DNA from: Cyanophora paradoxa CCMP329
Taxonomy: Eukaryota > Plantae > Glaucophyta
Reading direction: 5' to 3'
NCBI GenBank assembly: GCA_004431415.1
Contig: QPMI01000638.1
Span: forward strand, 124,001 to 188,000
Length of the DNA: 64,000 nt
Within the stretch, counting starts at the first letter, position 1; each line of letters starts with the position of its first letter. The notes below the pieces were generated by a model that saw nothing but the letters and a program-made list of their open reading frames with translations, was not told the origin of the DNA and searched no databases. The position numbers and the translations under genes were made by a program. Shown here piece after piece: positions 1 through 10,892 of this stretch.

Positions 1-526
1 AAATTTTATTGAAACCAAACCTGGGCCACTTTTTTCATGATCAGCCTCAGACATGTACAGCTGCAGGTACCGGTTACCGTACGAAACGAATCATGATCAG
101 TGATGCCATGATGGTGCCACGGTGCGCATGCCACGGTGCACATTGGTCGATGTGAAAGCCGACTCTGGTCATCTCGCAATCGCCGAGTCGATTCGCACGG
201 CGCGAGCGAATATATATCAATCCAACAAAAATCGAAAAGCTAAACGGTGCAACGACTCGATAGGTATTCAATGATTGTACGAGTGCACGTCCGACGGTCG
301 GCAGTGAATTCGAAGTCGACTCTGCTGATCATGATTTCGATTTGCAAGCAAACAAAAATCGCAAGCAAACAAAAATCGAAAAACTAAACGACTCGGCGAA
401 ATAAACGAAGAATTGCGGGCAAGGTCCAGGCGCAATTATGAAGGGGGGGGGAATCAAATAAGAGAATGCTGGGCCGCGGGGCGAGGGGGACGGCGGGTGC
501 TAGAGGAGCCCGGGCGCGGGGCGGGG

Positions 527-2054
527 TCAGGAGGAGGCGTCGCGGTCGGACTCGGAGCCGGCGGAGCTGCGGGAGGCTGGGGAGCCGCGCAGCGAGTTCA
601 CGCTCTCCGCGTACGCCGCCCCCCGCAGCAGGCTCTCCATCGTCCGCTGCGCCTGCCCCGCCCGCCCCTCCGCCTCCCGCGCCTGCCCCCGCCCCCCGTC
701 GGCCTCGACGGGCGGCGCCAGCAGCGGGGCCGGGCGGGGGGGGCGGGCGGTGGCGGACCCTGCGCTCGGCGGCGGCGAGGGCCTCGCGCAGGGAGGCCGT
801 CTCTTTTGCATGGCCCTCCCGCACCTTGCCCGGCCGCGGCCCGCGTCAGGCGCCCCCCGGGCCCAGCGCAGCCGAGGGCGGCTGTGTACCTCGAGCAGCA
901 GGCGGTCGATGTCGTCGCTCGTCAGCTCCGGCACCTTCTTGGGCGGCCCGCTCTGCGCACGCTTCGCACGCGCCGGCGGGGTGGGGCGGGCGGGGAGGGC
1001 TGGCGGGCCCTGACGCGGAGCACGCGGAGCTCGGCTTCGAGCGCGGCGACCTGCCCGTGCGGAGCGTTCGGGTTGCGAGCGGCGGGCGCCCGCCTCCGAG
1101 GCTCGGGGGCGGCGAGCCGGCCAACGGACCCGCTGCTGCAAGTCCTTCTCCGCGGACATGAACGCCTTCGCCCTCGCATCGATCGTCTCCGCCGCCCGCC
1201 GCTCCGACTCCGAGACGAGCGTCGTGAGGAGGCGCACCTGTCGAGAGCTGTTGATGGCACGTCGACGCGCGCAAGCGGGCCTGTTGATTGGCGCACCTCC
1301 TGCGTCAGCTGGCCGTTTATAGCAATGATGTATTTCTCTGTACGGAACAGGTTTCATCGCGACGCGAGCGGCTGAGACAGCGCGCTGATGCGAACCTCTT
1401 TCCTTGCATGCGCGCTCCTGGTTCATCGCTTCCTCAGACTTCGCCTCCAGCTGTTTCACCCTCAGGCGCAGCTGCGAGTTGACCTGCTGTTCCCGGCGTA
1501 TCACCTTGCGGGGGGCGGGGCGCGTTAATGACAGTGGGCTGGTTCGAAAGCGCTGCGGCGCGGCTGCGGCCGCATGGTGCGCGGCTCTCACCTCCAGCGT
1601 CCCCGAAAGCTGCATCGTAAGCGCCTTGTTGATCTGGCGGCTTGTCTCAGGAATGCGCTTCGCAGCCGCAGTGGGTCAGCCGCACCTCCACCGCCTCCCG
1701 CCCAATCAGCTGCGGATCCGGGGCGGCCGCGCGCCCACCCGAGCTTGTGCGCGGCATCTGTGGCGCGATCGCCTCATCAGCTGAGCGCTGTTGCGGCGCT
1801 CGGCGTCGCTAGCCAGGGAGCACTGGCTCGGAGGAACGCGCGGCGCGGCGCGGGGCGCGGAACTTGGTTTTCGAGCGCGGCGTCGCAGCGCATGCGCAGC
1901 GCAACAAAGACAATCAAAAATGGAAGGCCCGCACCGCGTCCGGAATGGAGGAATGTGCGATGCCGACGCGCCCGATTCCGCCGGAGAGCAGCGCAGGGGG
2001 AGAGAGCGGGGGCGAGCTCATGCACACCTCATGGAGATCTTCTTCGTGCTCCAT
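527..2054 (-). CDS. Multi-exon hypothetical coiled-coil protein
   Basis: Coding-like exons (MEHEEDLHEV..., VIRREQQVNSQLRLRVKQLEAKSEEAMNQE, VRLLTTLVSESERRAAETIDARAKAFMSAEKDLQQR, VAALEAELRVLR, ...SESDRDASS*) separated by GC-rich ~50-nt introns. Heptad-like E/Q/R/L composition; no family recognised. Confidence 0.6.
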
Positions 2055-2205
2055 GTCGCTGCAGCTGGCGTCCGTCGATTCTGCAAGGTTTCTCTACCCC
2101 TCTCCACCGGCCTCCCCCCCTTGTCGGAGGCGTTTATTGCGCGGCCGCATGGCGCGCCTTAGCTGCCGCTAGCGTCAAGTCGGCGCTGAAATCGGCGCTT
2201 CAACT

Positions 2206-5200
2206 ATGACGGGACCGGCGCAAGCCGGCCCGGTTGTCCTTCCAGGCGTCGCAAACGCCGCCGGCGCCGTTCTCCCCTCCCCGCACCTCTCCTCGCCCGC
2301 CGGAATCCCCGCGGTTCTCCTCAACGATGCTGTTCACTCCGCTTCCCCGATCGCACGGAGCCCGGCGATGTTGCAGCCAAATCCGGGCGGTAGCAACCCC
2401 GGCTCGCGCACAGCCTCGGTGTCAGCGCCAAGCGGCGGGGTGCACGGGAGCAGGACGGCGAGCATCCTAAGCTCCGCCTTTTCACCAACGCACGGGTCGG
2501 GCTCCGACCCCTCAAGTCGAGTCAACAGCGTCTTGGACGTGGTGAGCACTTTGCGCGCCGTTTGAAGACGCCATGGCTGAAGCTAGGCTCGCAGAGCGCA
2601 TCGCGTCATGCAAGCGTGAGCACGGCGCCCGTCCGCCCGGGGGGCCCTGAGCCGTACAAGAAGAGCTTCCTCGGCTCCATCGATCTCGCGTGGGCGACGC
2701 GTCTTGAGCTGATCCTCGCCACGGCTTTCTTTCTCTCGGCGGTCATCCCGAGCGCGGTCATCATCGGCCTCCAGTCTGTCCACGCGGCCTCCGCATCGCG
2801 CGCGGGCGCCGAGAGTACGCTCGCGATGCTCGCGCAACACGCACTTTCGGCCGCGCAATCTGCTCTAGAGCTCAGCCTGCGGTGCGCGCCGCCGCGCCCT
2901 CCCCGTCTCGAACGCCGCCGAGGCGCGCGCAGGGAGGTGGAGACGGCGGCCCGGGCGCTCGCGGCGGGCGCGGGGGCGGAGGAGCTGTTGGGCGGCAGCG
3001 CGTCGCTCCTGGCGTGGAGCCTCCTGGACGCGTCCACCGGGAGCAGTCTGGCGGGGTCCAGCGCCCTCGCCGCCGCCCTCCCCCGCCCCCTCACGGGCCC
3101 CCTCCAGCCCCGCTCCCGCCTGCTCGGTCCCCTCGCCCCGCCCCGCCCGCGCCCGAGGCTCGCGTCGACCGCCGCGCAGCGGCCGGCCCCGTCGTCGGAG
3201 GCCTCCCCTCCCTCCTCGTCGCCCACCCGGTGGCCTCTGCCCCGGCTCCCTGCTCGGTCCGCCGCGCGCCGCCCGCGCGCCGCGGCGGGCCCGACGGGGG
3301 CGCAGTGGCGCAGCTGAACGTGACGGCGGCGTGGGAGGGGGCGCTGCGGCGGGGGCGCTCCCGGCGGCCCTCGCCGCCGCCGGCTGGCGCTCGGTGGCCG
3401 GCGCGCCGACGGCGGCGACCGGCCTCGCCCTCTTCGCGCCCTCCCCCGACCTCTTCCACGCGTGCGCCCCGCCCCGCCGCCCCGCGTGCAGGCCCCGACG
3501 CAGGGCCCGCAGCGCGCCGGGCGGCGCGGGCGAGGGGCGGACCTGCCGGCCGCTCGCGCCGCCGCGTGCGCGACGGGGGCGCTGCTGGGGCGGCGAGCCG
3601 CGGCGACGTGACGGCGGCGTGCGCGGCCGCCGCCGGCCCCTCCCCGCTCGCCGGCTACGCGGTCCTCGCCTGGGCGGTGCGCGCCGCCCCGCCGCCCCCG
3701 GTCCTCGCCGCCCCGCGACGCCGCGCAGGGGAGCGGCGAGGTGGCTTCGGCGGTGCGGGAGGCGGAGCGGCTCGCGTGGATCCCCGCGCTCGTCCGCGCG
3801 CCCCGCGCCCCGCGCCGGCGGGGCCCTGAGGCGGGGGCAGGTGGGGTCGGTGCTGGCGGCGGCGCTGGGGGCGGGGCTGGCGGGGTGGATCGCGCGGCCG
3901 GTGAAGAAGGCGGTGGAGGCGGTGCTGGAGATGCTCGCCACGCAGCTCCGGGACCAGGGCTGGAGCGGGCCCCCGGACGCCAAGGGCCGCCCCGCGGGGC
4001 CCCTCGCCCCCCGCCCCAGCCCGACCCGCACTTCGCCGCGGGGCGATCCGGGGCGGGGCCGGGGCGCCCCCGACGGACTCGGAGGGGACGTCTCGCTGCC
4101 GGACTCGGCCGCCGCCGCCGCCGGCGGGCACAGCGCCACCGACGCCACCTCCGGCCCGCCCCGCCCCGCCCCGCCCGCCCCGCCCCTCACCGCCCGCAGG
4201 CGAAGAGTCCGCCGCGCCGTCGGCCCCGCGGAGGCCCCGTCTTCCGCAGCCGCCCGCTGGGCCCGCGGTGCGCGCCCCGGCCGCCCTGCGCGCCGCCCCC
4301 GGCGAGCCGGGCGGCAGCTCTCGTACCGGTCGCGGGCGCGGCGGAGCCTGCTGGGCTCCCTCGGCGTGAAGTTCGTGGCGGAGGGGGCGGGCCTGGGCGC
4401 CCCGAGGCGAGCCCGCCGCCGCTGGAGACCGAGTTCTCGGACGCCGAGGCCGCCGCCCCGCCGGCCCCGGCCCCGCCCTCGCCCCGCGCCCCGCGACCGC
4501 GAGGACGCCGCGGCGGCGCCCCAGGAGGCGTCTCCCGCCCTCGAGGCCGGCCCCGCCTCGCCCCCGAGCTCTCCGCGCTGCCCCCGCTGCCGAGCCTCGC
4601 GGAGGGCGCCGGCGCCAACGCGGCGCAATCGCGGCGCCACTCCTCCCTCTCCACCCTCGTCTCCGTCTGGGAGCGCGGTGCGGCCCGCCCCGCCCCCGGC
4701 GATCTCCGCGGCCGACGCGGCGGCAGACGCGCACGCCGACGCGCGCGCCCCGCCGCGCTCCCGCGCCCTGCAAGCCGCCCAGGACGCCGTCGCTTTCCGT
4801 CCGCCCGCCCGCCCGCCCCGCCCCGCCGGCTTCTCGCGACGCCCGGCCCGCGCGCAGACGCGGCGGCGAGCAGCGCGCGGCGGCGGCTCTCGTGGTTCAA
4901 GCGGCCGCCGGGGCGGGCGGCGCGGCGGGGGCGGGCACGCGTCGGGTCGACCCGGGCGACGCGGCCCCGCCGGCCCCGACCCCGGAGGCGGAGGCGCGCC
5001 CCCCCGCCGCCGCCCGCGCCATGCGGCCTTCGTGACGGGGCGCGCAGGAGGCGCCGGGGATCTTCGGGGGCTTCTCGTGGTACAGCTTCCGGGAGGCGCA
5101 CAGCCTGCACGAGGCCCTCGGGCTCCTCCGCTCCGCCATCCAGCGCGCCACCAGGTGCGCCGCCCCGGCCGGCCCCGGGGCGCCTCGGGGCCGGCGCGAC

Positions 5201-8200
5201 GGGGCGCAGCGTCGACCGCATCAACGAGCGCCTCGAGCTCAAGGTCGCCGACCGCACCCGCGCCCTCCAGAAGGCCCGCAGCCCGCCCCCCGTTGGACGC
5301 CGCTGCGCTGCGTCTTTGCCGGCGCTCACCGCCTTTTTCTGCCCGCCAGGCCGTCGAGCGAGCGCGCAAGGTTCGCCCTCCCGCGCTCGAGCGCTCGGCG
5401 AGGGGCGGCTGCTGACGCGCGGCGCGCCCGGCGGGGCGCGGGCGCAGGAGGCGGCGGAGAAGGAGCGGATCCGGGCGACGCTGGAGAAGATGCGCCTGCA
5501 CGAGGCCGCCTCGATGGCCCGCTCCCAGTTCATCGCCTCGTGCGCCCCCGCTGGCCCCCGCCCGCTTCTGCAGCCGCCCCGCGGGCGCGAGCCGGGCGCA
5601 GGCTGAACCACGAGCTGCGGACGCCGCTGAACGCGATCTGCGGGCTGACGCGCATGCTGCTCGACACGGCGCTGGACGAGACGCAGCGGGACTGGCTCGA
5701 GACCGTCCGCAGCGCCAGCGAGACCCTCCTCGGCCTCATCGCCGACGTCCTCGACTACTCCAAGGCGCCCCGCCCTCCCCGGTCATTTTAGGGGCGCGCC
5801 TGACGGGACCGGCAGCTGGAGTGCCAGAAGCTGCGGCTGGAGGAGCAGCCGTTCGCCATCGAGGACGCGCGCTGCCCCGGCCGGCCCCGCGCGGCGCGCC
5901 TGACGCCGGGCAGGTGGTGGAGGAGTCGTGCGAGCTCGTCGCCTTCAAGGCCGTCGAGAAGGGCCTCCAGGCGAGGGCCCCCCAAGCGGCGGGCCCCGCC
6001 TTCGGGCGCTGACGGGGCGCGCAGCTGTGCCACTGCGTGACGTGGGGGGCGGGGGCGCCGCGGGCGCTGCTGCTCGGGGACTCGTCGCGCGTGCGGCAGA
6101 TCCTCATGAACCTCCTCAACAACGCCACCAAGTGAGCGCGCCACTGAGCGGCGCCGGCGCGCGGGGCGGCCCCGGCGCCGACGCCGGCGGGGTGCGGCGC
6201 GCAGGTTCAGCGACCAGGGCTCCATCGACGTCCGCTGCAGCATATCCATGGAGGCGCCCCGGCCCCCTCGCCCCGCCCCTCGCGCGGCCCGGGCGGCCCC
6301 TGACGCGCCGCAGAACCCGACCTCGGGCCTGCTCCGCGTGACCTGCTCGGTGCGGCGCGGCGGCGGCGGGGGGGCGTGGCGGGGCGCTGCGGGGCGAGAC
6401 GGGCGGGGCGGCGCCGCAGGTGACTGACCAAGGGATCGGCATCGACAAGGCGGCCATCGACACGCTCTTCCAGCCCTTCAATCAGGGCTCAGGTCCCCCC
6501 CGCGCCCCTTCCACGCCCTGCCCCCGGCCCCGCCCCGCCCTGACGCCCCAGCGCCCTCCCAGAGTCGATCTTCCGCAAGTACGGGGGTGCGCGGGGCCGG
6601 GGCGCCGTGGGGGCCTGCGGGGGGCCCGAGGGCGGGGGCCGCTCATGGGGCGGGGGCGGTCAGGGACGGGGCTGGGCCTCTCGATCTGCAAGGAGCTCTG
6701 CAGGCTCATGGGCGACGGCTCCATCAGCGTCTCCAGGTGCCCCCGTCCCGCCCCTTCCCCTCCCGGGCCAGGGTCGGGGCCGAGCGGGGCGCAGCGAGGT
6801 CGGGCACGGCTCGACTTTCACGTTCGTGGTGTTCCTGCGGACGGCGGGGGCGGGGGAGGGGGCGGCGGGGCTGGCGGGGCCTCACGTGCACGAGGCGGAG
6901 GGGGAGGAGGGGGCGCTGCTGCGGGCGGCGAGCCTCGAGCGGCCCTCCGTCGCCGGCGTCTCCCTCCTCGAGTGGAGCCCCCTCCTGCGCGGCGAGTCCG
7001 CCCCCGCCCCCGCCCCCGCGCCCCCTCACCGCCCCGCCCCGCAGGCCGCTCGCTGCTCTTCTACACGAAGAACGAGGTGGGCGGGGGCGGGGCGGCGGGG
7101 TGCGCGGGGGCGGGGCGAGCGGGGCGGCAGACGCTGGCGACGTTCGTGGCGGCGAACGCGTCGGCGTGGGGCGTGGCGGTCGTCCGCTGCGCGCACAAGA
7201 CGGACGTCGCCGCCGCCCTTCAGGGCCGCGGCACCTACGCCTGGGTCATGGTCGACATGCACAGGCCCGCGCCGCCCCGCCCCGTTCGCCCGGCGGCGCC
7301 GCTGAGGGCGGGGCAGCGCGGGGAGGCGATGAAGGCGGCGCGGGGCGGCGGGGCCGGCGCGTGGCGGGCCCCGCAGGAGGTCCGCGAGCGCCGCGCCAGC
7401 ACCTGGGACGAGGCCGTGCGCCGCCCGCCCCGCCCCGCCGCCCCTGCCCGACGCCCCCGCGCAGCAACTCCGCGCCCACGCGCTCGCCGCGGCCGATCCG
7501 GCGGCCGTCCTCGAGGGCGAGAGGAGCGAGGGGAGGAGCGGGAGGAGGCGGAGGCGGGGCGGGGCGGGCCGCGGGGTCGGAGGTGGGGAGCCGGGGCCCG
7601 GGGCGGCGGGGCGCCGCGGCTCGGTGGCCCTCGCCGCGCAGCTCGAGGAGCTCATGCGCTCCCCCGACGGGCCCCCTCCAGCCCGTCCGCCCCGCCCCGC
7701 CCCGCCCCGGTCGCCCCGCCGGCCCCTGACGCTGCGCCCCGACGCCAGGCGCTCGCTGCCGTCATCCTGCTCACCAGCGGGCGGCGGGCGCACGAGTGGG
7801 AGCGGGAGGCCTCCGTGGTGGGGCCGGCCGCGCGCCCCTCGTGCGCCTCGCAACGCCCCTTCGGCGGCGGCAGCTACACGCCGCCCTCGTCGACTCGCTG
7901 CGCCTCAAGGCCCGCCCCCGCCCCCGCCCGCCCGCCCGCCCCGCTCCCCGCCGAGGGCGGCGCAGGAGGCGCGCGGGGAGGGGGCGGGAGCGAGCCGGCC
8001 TCGCCGAGGGCGGAGAGCGCGCGCGGCGACGCCGACTCGGAGCTGCCGGCCGCCTCCTGGCGGGAGGCCCGCGCGAGCTCGCGCGCCCCCTCCGCCCGCC
8101 CTCCGCCTCGCCAGCGCCGCCCCTGCCCTCCCCGAGCCCGCCCCGGTCCGCGCCGCACCCCGGGCGCTCGCCGGCGAGCCGACGGGGGCGCAGGGCGGCG

Positions 8201-10265
8201 GGGAGGGCGCCTCGTCGGGCGGCTGCTGCAGCGGGGCCCGTCGGGGTCGCCGGCGGGGGCGGGCCGGCCTCGGCGGGGAGCTTCGACGTGACGCTGGGGA
8301 GGCGGCACCCGCTCTCGATCCTGGTGGCGGAGGACAACCCCTCAACACCAAGGTCCTCGTGCGCCCGCCCCGCCCGCCCCGCCCCGCCCCGCCTCACCCC
8401 GCCCCGCCCCCGCCGCCACCTCCCCTCACGCCCCGCCCCGTCGTTCGGCCAGCTCAACTTCCTGGTGCCCGCCCCTCCGGCCCCTCCGGCCCCGCGCCCC
8501 GCCGGCCGCCCTCACGCGGGGCGGGGCGGGGCAGCGGAAGCTGGGGTACACGGACGTGGCGCTGGGGACGGACGGGACGCAGGCGATCGAGCTGCTGCGG
8601 GCGCGCTGGCGCCCCGTCATCCTCATGGACGTGCGCCCGCCCCCCCGCCCGCCCCGCCGGGCCCCCGGCCCCTCACCCCGCCCGCGCCCACAGATCCAGA
8701 TGAGCCCGATGGGAGGCGTCGAGGCGCGCCCCCGCCCCTGTGCGCCCCTGCCCCGCGCTGACGCCCCCGCCCGCCTCCGCAGGCCACGGATCGCATCCTC
8801 GCGGTGCGCCCCTGCGCCCGCACGCACGCCCCGCTCTCGCTGACCCTCACACCCCACCCTTCCAGGAATGGGCGCACCAGGTGCGGGGCACGAGCGCGCG
8901 TGGCGCGCGAGGGCCGGGCCGACGCGCGGGGGGTGCGCAGCCGCCGGCGATCTTCGCGGTGACGGCGAACGCGATGCCGGCCGACCTGGACCTGTACAAG
9001 CGCAAGGGTCCGCCGGCGCGCGCCCCACAGGGCCGGCGCGCGGGGGCCGAGGGGGCGGGGCGGGGGGGCAGGCTTCTCGGGGTGCATCGCGAAGCCGATC
9101 CTGGTGGGGGACCTCGTGCGGGCCCTCCAGAGCGTTCCGCCCCTCGAGGCGCCCCCGGACTCCCCGCGCCCCGCCCTGGGCCCCGAGCGCCCCTCCCTCG
9201 CCCCCTCCCCGGCCCTGCCCCAGCGCTCCCTCTCCGCCCCGTCTCGGGCGCCAGCATCGGCTCCGGTGCCGCGCTGCCCGCCCCGGCCGGCACCCGCCGG
9301 GCCCTGACTCCGCCGCAGGCCCCGTCGCGGCGTCGCCGCGGCCTGCGGTGCACCTGGCGCCGCACGCGGGCACGCGGCTGCCGCCGCTCGGCGCCTCGGC
9401 GCCGCACTCGGCGCAGCACTCGGACGCGGAGGGCCCCCCGCTCCCCGCCTTCGCCTCCCTCGCCCACACGCGCGCCCCGCCCCGTCCCACCCTCGCCCCG
9501 CCCGCCCTGCCGCCGCCCTGACGGGACGCGCAGGCCGCCGGGGACGCCGCCGCACGAGCCGGCGGGCGGCATCGCGAGCTCGGGCAGCATCGGGGCGCCC
9601 CGCCGCGCCGCCGCCTTCACGAACGCCTCCGGCAGCGCCGCCGGCGGGCCGGTGCCGGGGGCGGGGGCGGGGAGCGGGCCGGCGGTGCGCAGCGGGACGG
9701 GGATCTTCGACGGCTCGCTGGCGCAGCGGAAGCCGCTGAAGATCCTCGTGTGCGACGACAACCGCGTGAACATCAAGGTGCGGCGGCGCGCCCCGCCGGC
9801 CCCCCGGCCCCCGGGCCGACGCGGGCGGAGGTGGCATTGGCGTACCTCAAGAACTTCGGCTACCTCCAAATCTCCGTGGCGACGAGCGGGAAGCAGGCCG
9901 TCGAGTGCGTCCGCAGGGACCGCCCCGACGTCGTCCTCATGGTCCCCCCCGCCCCGCCCCGCCCCGCCCCGTCGCGCGGGCGGGGCGAGCGGGGCGCAGG
10001 ACATCTGCATGGAGACGAGCACGGCGGGGGTGGACGCGGCGGAGCAGATCAAGGCGGAGCTGCGCGAGCGCTCCCCCGTCATCATCGGCGTCACCGGCGA
10101 CACCGACGCCTCCAGCGCCCTCGAGTACCTGCGCCGCGGCCTCTCCTCCGGTGCCCCGCCCCCCTCCGGCGCCGCGCCCGTCGTCCGACCGCCCCCGCGC
10201 ACGGCGCAGTCATACACAAGCCCCTCGTCGCCGAGGAGCTCCACCGGCTACTCTCCGCCATCTAG
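2206..10265 (+). CDS. Membrane-bound hybrid sensor histidine kinase (2 TM, HisKA, HATPase_c, degenerate REC, 2 REC)
   Basis: TM1 LELILATAFFLSAVIPSAVIIGL; TM2 VGSVLAAALGAGLAGWIARP. H-box LNHELRTPLNAICG (5603-5644), N-box RVRQILMNLLNNATK, G1 VTDQGIGI, F-box LFQPFNQ, G2 GTGLGLSICKELCRLMG. REC1 LSILVAEDN...ILMD/IQM...FAVTANA...IAKP; REC2 LKILVCDDNRVN...VVLM/DICM...IGVTG...IHKP. Many short introns. A 1-nt frameshift in a C-run at ~8340 is probably a sequencing error. Confidence 0.93.
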
Positions 10266-10892
10266 ATCCGCACCTCCTGCGTGCTTGGCGGGGCTCCTGC
10301 CGCCTAGTTTTTTGCCGCCTAGTTTTTTTTTTGCGCTCGGCGAGTCTTTTTGCGAGCGCGTGACTCCCTGGCCTTCAAGTTCAGCCTTCAAGGCTTGCCT
10401 TCAGGGCACGGGCCGCACGGCGGCCGCTTCACGCCATCGCCTCTGAGTCTAGCTCTGGCAGCGAGCAGTATTGCCTAGCTCGCATCGATTTCGCCGCAAT
10501 TTGCCCGGGTCCTCGCCGCCCGATCATCGGATTGCGAGGCCGCCCGAGTCACGCGCAGCGCATGACTCCGATGCAGATGCGTCTTCAGCATGCTTCTTCT
10601 TCTTCTTTTGTGTCTGATGATTGTACAACAAAGCCTTGAAGGAAACCGCGAGGCTTGGGAAAAAGCTGGGAATGCCCCCGAAAGCACATGGGAGTGCGAG
10701 GGGTTGTCGAGGGCGGGCAAGCGCCGTTGAAGGGGACGGATAAACTTGAAACGAGATCGGCTGGAGTGGTAAACGACGGTTGGACGTCGCACGGGATGCG
10801 CCGGGGGGCGGGCGGGAAACGGGGGGCTAGATGGGGCAGGGATGACGGAGGGGGGCGCCGGGGGCCGGGGGCGGGGGGCCTCGTGGCGGGGG

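Noticed and set aside
8330-8345. Programmed frameshift in receiver 1 of the kinase
   Set aside because: A single missing C in a homopolymer is better explained by long-read error.
2865-10446. Very long ORFs (878, 694, 623, 568 aa etc.) on both strands
   Set aside because: They are Arg/Pro/Gly/Ala artefacts of stop-poor GC-rich DNA; the real gene is the spliced histidine kinase.
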